64,000 nucleotides of DNA, from the NCBI RefSeq assembly GCF_009914755.1, contig NC_060925.1. One strand, given 5' to 3'. The number at the start of each line of letters is the position of its first letter. The stretch's first letter is position 1. The notes under the pieces are model-generated. The model saw nothing but the letters and a program-made list of their open reading frames with translations, did not search any database and was not told the DNA's origin. This stretch comes from the human T2T-CHM13v2.0 reference genome, Homo sapiens. Below are positions 34,980-52,250 of the stretch, piece after piece. A program made the position numbers and the translations under genes.

Positions 34980-36790
34980 TAATCTGCCAGCCTCAAACGC
35001 CCAAAGTGCTAGGATTACGGGCATGACCCACCGTGCATGCCTAAGTTGAATTTTTTTTTTTTATTCTGAAATAGACATAAGCCAAGCTGCTTCACTTAAC
35101 TTTGACAGCAATAGTGGCTCCTCCGTGTTCAGGCTTGTTCAGCTTTTTTTAACTCCTCTCTGGAGTAGAGACTCGGGTTTAGCAGGGCTCCTACAGTCAT
35201 TCGCCCTACCTGCCTAGGCTGCCCATGCTAGATCAGCTTCAGGTGGCTGACTACACCACATCAGAACAGTATTCTGATCAAGAAATGAAAACAATTTTTG
35301 CCATACATAAAAGGCTATACAGATGGATGCTTATCCAGAAAATAAGTATCTTCAGTAGTTCACCTAATCCATAAATAACCCTCTAGGCTTGGAAGTAAAA
35401 TTTACTTTTCCCTTACAAGGAAAGACGGGAGCAAATTAGGAGAGAGGAGATGTATTATATTTACTAAGAGAAGCTTCTGCATCAGTAAGTACCAGGAAAA
35501 TAAAGGTTAGACATGAGAGCAAAGAGTTCTTGGAATAAAGAAATCTGGTTATCACCTTCTACTAAACATTCTGTTTTTAAGGATTTCAGAAGGAAAGAAT
35601 AACAGATTTAAGGCTTAATCACAAAACTGCAACTTCAAAATTAACTTTTAAAAGACCAGAGTCAATCTATCTCCCCGAAAGCCTACTTAAACTCATAAGA
35701 ATCTGCACATTCTTTCTACCGAACTAATAATAATAGCTACAATGTATTGAGAACTTACTATGTAGTAAATCCTACTACATTTAGTCACCCCAAACAACCC
35801 CATGAGGCAATTACTGTAAGCATTTCGTATTTTAGATGAGGACACCAGTCTTCTTGGAAAGTTTAAGAAAAACTGCCTACACTCTGGTAAGCAGGAGTGG
35901 CAATTCAATCCCAAACAGTCTTGATTAAAAGAATCCTCACTCTATCAGCTTATTTAAAAAAAAACAAGACAGGCTTCCTCTAATAATACAACTGCCACGT
36001 ACTAACTGCTCAGAACTATGCCAAGCACAGTGTAAAGCATTTTAAATATGGTATTTCATTTCATATTTACACAACTTTACAAGGTAGCTGTTATTATTCT
36101 CATTTTACAAAAATTGAAACTGATGTTTACTTTCATTTCAAAAACAGTAACTTTACCCAAACCTCAGCAGCCAAGTAAAGGACATAAAAAGGACTGGAAA
36201 TAAGACCACTGACTTTCCAAGCCATATGCTCTTAATCATGAAGCTACAATGTTTACTGGGCACTTTAAACAAAGACAGTTTTCACAGTCATATTCAAGCA
36301 GTAAATTAAGAGAGGGGACAAGTAGATTTACCAAGAAAAGCTTCTGCATCACTAAGTAGCAGGAAAAGAAAGGTTAGAAACAACAGCAAGGTTCCTGGAA
36401 TAAAGAAATCTGGTTTATATTTAATTTACATATAAATTATCTTAAATGATATATAACAATATATATAACATTTTACTATCAGTAAAATATGTTTATAAAT
36501 ACGTATTTATATATATTTCGGTATATACATTATTTTGGCTATCAATATAAAGTAAATCCTTTCTTTAAATACCACTTGCTCAAAGGTTTTAGTTTATAAT
36601 CTTCATTTGCTATTGAAGTGCATTGTTAAAATATGATGTTCAATGAAACTTACTAAAGTTATCAATGACTATGTTCTCATAAGCAATTATACCCTGAAAT
36701 CAAAAGGTTATCAATTAGCAGATAGCATTAATAGAACTTTTATATAGGATTTCAGATATTCTAGTTGTCACATTGCCAAAAATTTATCTA

Positions 36791-37192
<402 letters not shown>

Positions 37193-37251
37193 TCACACAT
37201 TTTAATGGTATAAACCTACTGCCTAATTATTATTCTCTTAATTGATGACAG

Positions 37252-37349
37252 GTAAATTTGTAACTTAAAAGTGATATACCCTATTTTCTTCCTTATAAAT
37301 GTAAATTTGTAACTTTAAAGTGATACACCCTATTTTCTACCTTATAAAT
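37252..37349. repeat. 49-bp tandem duplication (about 3 mismatches)
   Basis: GTAAATTTGTAACTT.AAAGTGATA.ACCCTATTTTCT.CCTTATAAAT at 37252 and 37301. Confidence 0.9.
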
Positions 37350-37886
37350 CAGTAATAATGGCCCAGAGAATTAGCCCGTTCTACCACCTTACTATCAACA
37401 CTAACATTAATCTGGAAAGACATTAGTTACAGGGATGTTGAATTCTATACTTACGTCTAACTGTATCCTAAAGCTAAGCATATCTGGTTATTCACAGTTA
37501 GATACTATTCTTGCCTTAGATAACCCGATTAGAGTAAATAATTGAATATGCAAAAGGTAAGAGTAAGCATATACTAACATTTGTAATAAATAGTTTCATA
37601 AATAATATCCAATGTGCCATGGTGGTGTGCACTTACAGTTCCAGCCACTAGAGAGGCTGAGGCAGAAGGATCACTCAAGCCTAGGAGTTCGAGACCAGCC
37701 AACGCAACATACCAAGACTCTGATCTCATAAATTAAATTAAATTAAATTAATAAATAATCCCAATTTGCTACAGACTACAATTCCAGATTTCCAGGAAAT
37801 TATTTTGGAAATTATTTTATAAAATGTTTCCATGGATCAAAGGCTAGTTATAAATTTAAAAAATTCAAATTCTTCTTAGGAATTCA

Positions 37887-38782
<896 letters not shown>

Positions 38783-39679
38783 GATTAAGCATTTCACCTA
38801 AATGTTAACATTTCAGAAACAATATAATAAAAATTTTTTTCTGATTCTGCAATGATTTAAGCAAAAATAAATTTGAAAATAAAATGAACAGTGACTAGTT
38901 GATTACTTTTTCTTTAATGGTAAAAGTAGAAGGATATAGAAACAACTCTTCCTATTAAATAGATTAGCAGCAGATCAGTCAACAGATGATACCACAGAGC
39001 TGTGTTTCTTAACATTTGTACTGTGGGTTTCATCAAGAATCTGATGAAAGCTATCTATGGCTCCTCTCCTCTGAAGCCTACACTTGGACTTTCTGAGTAA
39101 TATATGAGCAAGCGTTAATTAAGGAAAGGGGAAACTATGCTCAGAGTAAGCCAAGTATTGTTTTAAAACTTTTCCCTTTTTGACTCTTTCATTATGTCCC
39201 TTGCTTCTATTAACCAGCTTAAAATAACAGCCACTATGGTAAGGTGAACATGAAGATAGTTTGTCTATGCTGACCTTAGTAGACCTGCTTTTTATTTTCT
39301 AGTAAACTGTTTATATACTTCCATAAACTCATTTTTTTCTTCCCCAAATCTGAATGCTGTCTCCAATTTTAGAACGAAAATTATGATTTCTAAAAGCACA
39401 TTATTTTCTACGGAAACCTTGAATACCAGAGTTTCCTGTACTCCTAAGAGATCCAAAGAGCCAGGAATTTCTACCTGTTTTGTTCCCTGACATATTCCAA
39501 CTGACTAGAACAGAGACCAATACATAATAAGTATTCAATAAATATTGAATTAATTTTTTAAATGTCCAACTCCTTGGTGGCCACTTGCCACAACACAAAA
39601 TACATGAAGTTAAATACTCAGCACTCCCCAGGTTATCACACAGGTAATATTAGTACCCTAAGAACTGAAAGGTCCACTC

Positions 39680-41275
<1,596 letters not shown>

Positions 41276-41400
41276 TTTTTTTAATTAAAAAAACAAGTGA
41301 AAGGATTGCTCAACTCAATGTTCACTGCTCACTGAGAAGGCTAAGATTTGACAATGCCTTCATGGTCATACTCAGTTCCAAGAATCCCATCTACCAACTA

Positions 41401-44492
<3,092 letters not shown>

Positions 44493-44594
44493 TTATGAAA
44501 GGGGTGAGACAGAAGGAAGAGGGGGAAGGAAAAGAACAGAGAGGGGGGAACGAACTGACAGAGTGGATAGGGAGACAAACAAAGGTAGAGGTAG

Positions 44595-45066
<472 letters not shown>

Positions 45067-45160
45067 TAAATCATTCCTCCTCTAAAGATTCTGGTATATC
45101 CAGCCCAACCAGCCCATTTTAATTGAAAATTTACTGCTACGTAATAAAAGACGTTAATAA

Positions 45161-45280
<120 letters not shown>

Positions 45281-45390
45281 TGAGGTCAGGAGTTCGAGAC
45301 CAGCCTGACCAATATGGAGAAACCTTGTCTCTACTAAAAGCACAAAATTAGCCCGGCATGATGGTGCATGCCTATAATTCCAGTTACTCA

Positions 45391-45495
<105 letters not shown>

Positions 45496-45538
45496 TTAAA
45501 AAAAAAAAGTAAAAATCAACCTGACATAATAAAAATAA

Positions 45539-45846
<308 letters not shown>

Positions 45847-48626
45847 TGACCTCAGGTGATCCTCCTACCTCGGCCTCCCAAAGTGCTGTGATTACAGGCG
45901 TGAGCCACCATGCCCAGCCGGCACCACTGATTTTTAAAAGTCTATCAAGAGCATGAAAAATAAATTCAACATAACACCAACATCACGATCTATGTTACAG
46001 CACAAATTCCTTATGTATTACGAATCATATTCCTCAAAAACATACTGTGAAAAAAGTAACATAGCATATATTAGACAGTAATGGGAATGTATTTGTTTAC
46101 ATAAATTCTTAAAGGTAGTACATGGGAAAACTGCTAAAACATACAACACTTCAACTTTAAAACAACACCTAAAAAGTATTACTACATAATCTAACTTTCA
46201 ATCACCTCAATAAACTGTCACTTAATAAAATTTAAAGATTTGTTGTCGTTAATACAACAGACAATTCAAACTTAAAAGCTTGCTCCCAAGTACAAATATG
46301 TTTGGTAAGATCCAATAAATGGCATAAAACCTTCTGTAGCTCAATGATCATCGTAATACAGAAATTACACCAGGCACGGTGACTCTCGCCTGTAATCCCA
46401 GCACTTTGGGAGGCTAAGGCGGGAGAGTCACCTGAGCCCAGAAGTTCGACACCAGCCTGGGCAACACGGCAAAACCTCATCTCTACAAAAACTACAAAAA
46501 TTAGCCAGGTGTGCCTGTAGTCCCAGCTACTCAGGAGGCTGAGGTGGGAGGATTATTTGAGCCCAGGAGGCAGCAGTTACAGATCGTGCCAGCCAGGGTG
46601 AAATAGTGAGACTCTATATCAAAAAGAAAAATAAAAAAGAACGAAAGAAATTGGGAACACACAGAAAAAGAAACAAAATTTAGGCCTAATACACTCAACA
46701 TTAAATAGATTCTGAATTGCAATTTTTGCTAAAGCAAAATACAAATTACAAGAAGCTTCTCATCTTTTATCACATAAGAAATAAAGTTGTAAGAAATAAG
46801 CTAAGTTTTTAGTACTAATAATTACTAGCAAATTCTCTGAGATTTGCTATACTTATAATAACAGGAAGTACTTGTATGAAGTTAGAAATTTATTTTAGTA
46901 ACTTTTTCCTTTTAACGTTAAAAGCACCTTTTTAAAAAATGCAGTAGAATGTAATGCTGAGCACTTAAAATTAGTATTTCTAAAAAGATACCAAAAAATT
47001 TGCATTTGGCTAGTATTACCAAGAAACTTTTAAGGCTAAAGTTTCCAACATACTTTCATTTTTTTAAACAGACTACTTAAAAAAAAAAAGGAAACGAAAG
47101 GAAGAAAAAAAACATTTTAATCTCAGACTTTCAACTTAACTACATTTCTTTTAACCAAACATTTATAGAGCACCTAAGAAGTGACAAGCACTACAACACT
47201 GGGAAATGTGACACATTACATTTACTCCAAACTAAACCTTTTATTTATTCGGCTTCTGAACTTATTATTTCTTACTCAAACCAAAACTTTTCTTAAGAAA
47301 TTCTCACCCAACATCAAGGTACATATACGAGTTACCTAATAAATGCACTTTCACCACTGTTTTACACAGGTGATGAGAGTTATAGCTAGGATTTGTGACT
47401 AACAAAAGGGATTCATTCCTGAAACATGTCTATGCTTCATGAAATGAGATAGGAATAAACTGTTTCAGGTAGTTTACAGCATCCCAAACTCAAAGAGAAA
47501 ACCTTAAAAAAATTAGACTAAACTTAATTACTCTGTATAGTAGACCAAGATTTAAGTAGCCACAGCTTTTACCTTCTACAACCACAAGTATTACAAATTT
47601 TAATTTGGATGCAAAATTGTCAAAGCAGTCTTGATTCTGAGGACAAGTGAAATATTTTTTTAAATAGTTCAAAGGAACTGTCAAAAGTAGACAACGTTGA
47701 TATTCTAACATGCTATCTGTTGCATTTCTACACTTGTGAACACTCTACCCTTTTCAAGCACTTCTGAATTTGTAATGGATGAAAAAATACAAGCTAGTGT
47801 CTAAGTTCCACCAGTTGAATCCAGACTTTTCAAAAATCTAAGGTTTTATTCTAGCATGTGTTTAAAAAAAAAAAAGACAGCATTCATATACATATTCTCT
47901 CAAGTAACAAAAATACCTGTATTTTTATCGTTATCATTTCTTCCAACAATTAAGCAAATTTTTTGACCCTATTCTCCACTCAGTTAACATATTGACATCT
48001 AAGAGGAACCTGGCCATCAGTTTTCCACACATCATAATGCAACAGAGCCTCTGACTTATTTACAGACCAACCAGATCAATAAAGAAAAATAAACCATATA
48101 ACCCCAAGTCACTGGAAATACAAGAAACAACTGGTATCTCTGAATTGTGTAAAAAATCACAAAAATTCTCTTTTTAAATCTTTCAATTAAATTATTTTTG
48201 TGACGAGTCAAAGAGTTTTCTGCTAAAATTTTACAGTACTGTTCACACAATAAATAAGATTCTCTTTCATCAGTGTAACTGATAGAACCACAATACAGTT
48301 CAGTTTCTAGGGTCAGATTACCTGACTTGCTTTTTATTTTACCTTTTAAAACACTTTAATTCATGCCGTTATTCCTCTCATTCCCTACAAAAAGAGATGT
48401 TCAATATGGGAGAATCATCTTCAGTTGAGACATCCTATAACTGCCTCCAACTCCACAGCAAAGCCCGCCAGCTGACCCCGGTCTCTCTGGGGAAGGGCTC
48501 GGTCACCAAGTCACCAAACACACCTTCCTCTGCAAAACTCGGAAGCCCCACACGACGACCTCGTCGAAACCTCCTACTTCCTGAATTCGATAACCCCAGA
48601 GATTCGTTTTCCGCAGGCAATCTTAC

Positions 48627-48632
48627 CTTCAT
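48627..48632 (-). CDS. ARID4B: ARID4B start (Met-Lys) at the end of exon 2 (48627-48681); remaining CDS lies beyond the left edge of the window
   Basis: Minus strand reads TTTGTTTCCCCTCCAG|GTGCAGCTG...GTCATCATGAAG|GTAAGA, with good acceptor, Kozak -3A and strong donor. ARID4B begins MK(ALDEPP) and is the known divergent neighbour of GGPS1. Confidence 0.85.
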
Positions 48633-49481
48633 GATGACTCTGGGACCAAGGTATCCTCTAAAACACCAGGTTCAGCTGCACCTGGAGGGGAAACAAAAGA
48701 CACCCAGTCAACACCACAGGAGCCCCTCTGCACTGGCGGAGGCGGAGGGAAAGAAGCGAGCGACGTCCGAACCCCGAAGAAAGAGCCGCAACCAGGCGCC
48801 AGCCCCCGAACCATCACACGCCGACTCGGGGCTCCCTCCGGCCCCGCCATCCCCGCAAACCCAACCACCTACACAGCTCGGCAGCTTCCCGTCCCCATTG
48901 TCGAGACCCGACGGAGTTTCCCGTCTACGACAATGACGCCATTTCTGTCAGAGAAGAAACTCACAACAAGCCCGGCGTCCGGCGCAGGGCCGGCCGCTCT
49001 CCCCTAGGGCCTCGGCGCCCGGCCGAGCGAATCCGCGCCCCCACGCGCCGCGTCCGAGCGAGAGGCCGGCCGGGGGCCACCGAGGGGCCAGGAGGGCCTG
49101 TGGGCCGCGGGCAGGACCGGCCCGCCACAGAGCCCCTGCCCACGTCCCGTTCCGGGCTCAGACCCGACAAGTGGGAGCGAGATCAACATCTGGCCCCGCC
49201 GCGGGGACAACGTGAGGGCCGAGGGCCCCGGAGGCGGAACGGCCCCCACCCTGCCCGGGCCCCCGACCGCGGCCGCTAAACCGCTGAGTGTGCGGCCGCC
49301 CAGCCAGGGGGCGGCTCGGACACAGCGGCTGCGGGGGGTGGGGGTTCCCGGGAGGCCGAGGCCCCGAATTCGGGCGCCGCAGGGACCACCACCGCGATCT
49401 TCCTCTGCTCCTTGGCCGGGCCCAGCGACTCCCAAAAGAACCCCCTTAGGAGACCACGAAAGCCCCAGAAAATATCCCTAC

Positions 49482-49895
49482 CTTCCTCGGAGGCGAGATC
49501 TGACCCTGGCACGTCCAGAGTCCCCTCTCTCCTTCTCCCCCCCAAAACCAGCAGGCCCGGGGGAGAGATGGGGAAGAAGGGCGGCGGGTCCAGCGGCTGC
49601 TGAGGCAGAGGCTCCGGCTCCTCCTCCTCCCGCGGCGGCGACTGGTACCTTTGTTTGGCGGCCGCTCGGGCTCCCTGGTTGGGGGGAGGGGGACGACGAA
49701 AAATCCCCCCCGGACTGGAGGTCCGGGCCCCCAATCGCGCTGCCCTCCAGAGGACGGCGGCGATGGACCCTCTGCAGCTCCCTCCGGGCAAAGGTCCAGG
49801 CGGTGGCCGTGGCGGCGGCAAGATGAAGCTCAAGAGTCTCCCTCCGCTTCGGCGACCGAGCTCCTCACTCCGGACTCGACTGACGGGCAAACATC
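49482..49895 (-). other. ARID4B: ARID4B non-coding exon 1 (GC-rich 5' UTR); TSS approximate
   Basis: Minus-strand donor GAAG|GTAGGG at 49481. The exon lies in the CpG island downstream of two minus-strand CCAAT boxes. Confidence 0.7.
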
Positions 49896-49899
49896 GCTT

Positions 49900-50290
49900 C
49901 CCCCCCACCGACTCTAGGTTCCCCCCCTTTCTCCCCTCCCCTAGATTTTTTTTCCCCCCCTCCCCTACCTCTTTCCCGGATGGCCTCTTAGACGACCTTG
50001 GATTGGTTAAAGTTCTTTAGAACCCGCCTATACACTGTTCCTATTGGTCCCTGGATACAAACAACGACGCCATTTTCCCACCAGTTCTATGGAAACAGAA
50101 AGTTACGCCTCAAGGCTTTCTGGGAAATAAAGTCCATACTCTGGGGCCAACGCGCAAATCCTCGTCCGCGAGAACTGCAAGGCCCGCAATGCCCTGCGCC
50201 TGCGTGGACCGGTGCGGGGGCGGGGGGGAGGTGAAAGGGGCGGGGCAACAAAGCAGTAGGGAGGCGGCAACGACGCCTGCGCAGTGTGAC
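49900..50290. promoter_or_regulatory. Shared bidirectional promoter of ARID4B and GGPS1
   Basis: ATTGG (CCAAT on minus strand) at 50002 and 50043; YY1 CGCCATTTT at 50068-50076; ZNF143/SBS-like sites at 50113-50135 (-) and 50173-50193 (+); NRF1-like sites at 50195-50205 and 50273-50283; GC boxes at about 50217 and 50237. Confidence 0.85.
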
Positions 50291-50491
50291 CGGGATGGCG
50301 CATTTTCTTGCACCAACTAATGCGGTGTCGCTGGCGGCTGAGGAGGGCGGAGAGTTCTGTGGTGAAATAGTGGGAAGGATTCATGTAGGCATCGGGAAGA
50401 GCCTAAGTCCACATTATAAAATAGGAAGTTGATGCGGGGTACAGTTACTCCCGGACCGGCGGCGTGAAAGTCGTGATATCATCGTTGAACT
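50283..50491 (+). other. GGPS1: GGPS1 non-coding exon 1 (5' UTR); start approximate
   Basis: Lies in the CpG island just downstream of GC boxes and NRF1-like sites. Donor ACT|GTGAGC at 50492. The TSS is not determinable from sequence alone. Confidence 0.7.
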
Positions 50492-51915
50492 GTGAGCGGC
50501 AGTGGCGGCGGCTGGGGGGAACCCGGATGGGAAGAAGGGCGGGGGAGGCTGGGAGGCGGGGCAGAGGAAAGAAAGAAAGGAGAGTGAGGACCCGGATGCT
50601 GAACCGGATTGTGTATGAATTTTCCATCCCCTAGCTTTAAGCGAGGAGGGAGAGGAAGGGTTGGCCAAGTGGGGCGGAAGGGAGCATCTGAGCGAGGAGG
50701 AAGCAGAAACCTCACCGTTTCTTCCCCTCCGGACTCTGTGCTAGCACTGTATACGTTTGCAGTTCTCTGCCCAGCCGCTGTGGAAAATCGGCCTCGAAGT
50801 GATTGAAATTCCCTGTTTATATCAGGCGGCTTCTTTCAGATCCATCGTCTTTCTCCCGGAGTATGAATGGAAGGATTCAGTATGCGCTTCACATTTGTAT
50901 GTCTCTGGCCATTCTCAAACCAGGCCCTTCCCTTTGAAAAGTCTTTTGCATGGGATGTTCACTTCTTAGACGCATGGTTGTGTGCCCTGGTTTCATCGTC
51001 TAACGCGTTAGAAGGCGCTTTCATTTCTTCATGGGTGTTGAGCGCCGACCACTGGGGTGGCCTCTGCCTTCGTAGACCTGCGCCTGGTGAGACGGACAGA
51101 TGCTGAACAAAACGATGTGAAATTACCGCAGTGGCAGTGCCCCAGAGGAGAGTTCCACGGTGATAGGAGAATGAGGGAATTTGGCTTCTTTAGGGAGGGA
51201 AAGGAAGGGTTTCTGAGCAAGTGAGGATCGAGCTGAGAGCTGAAGGGCTAGCAGGAGTTAACTAAGGAAAGAGAAAAGGAAAAGACATTCCAGACAAAAA
51301 GACTAACTTGTCAGAAAGCCCTGTGGCGGAAGGGAGCTTTTCCAATATGAAGAACTGAGCCTGGAGAGATGGGATGAGGGGGAGTGTCGAACCTTTTAGG
51401 CTTTGTAAAGGAGTTTTGGTTTTCTCCTAATAGCAATGGGATATCTTCCAAGGAATCTCAATCAAAAGGGAGAGATGGCTCCGATTGGAATGTCATCCCT
51501 GGCTGAAGAGTAGAGGAAGCGAAAAAAAGAAGAGTTAAAGAGGCAAATGCAGGGAACCCGACGAGGAGGCTATTGCCGTAGTAGTTCACATGGTGAAAAG
51601 AATGGAGCGTTTGTATTAATGATTATGGATTCACTCTTTGAACAAATTTCTGGCAGCTTTTTAGTTTTGAAAGTGAGAAGTTTCAGACTCTCACTGAGGT
51701 ATTCTGTAGTTTTTTCACTCTAAAAGGAAACTAGTAGAGTTCATGTAACACACACTAATGCCTCTTTACATTTAACTTTAGTATGTGATAGCTGAAATTT
51801 CCAGCTGTGATAAATTGGGAAATCCTTTGATTTAAAAGAAAAACAAAGGCGGGTGAGGGTGAGAGTATATGCCACGGTGTGTAGAATCCTTTAGACTCTT
51901 AAGAAGACACAAGGC

Positions 51916-52250
<335 letters not shown>

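Larger units (their letters stand above)
48450..51100. promoter_or_regulatory. CpG island spanning both first exons
   Basis: Abrupt shift to high GC with abundant CpG against AT-rich, CpG-poor flanks. Confidence 0.93.

Noticed and set aside
48633-48681. N-terminal extension of ARID4B in the main frame
   Set aside because: An in-frame TGA lies near the start of exon 2 (G TGC AGC TGA).
48397-49826. Plus-strand ORFs of 179 aa and 204 aa antisense to ARID4B exons 1-2
   Set aside because: Pro/Arg/Gly/Ala-rich with no recognisable domain, as expected from stop-codon scarcity in a CpG island, and they lie upstream of the plus-strand TSS.
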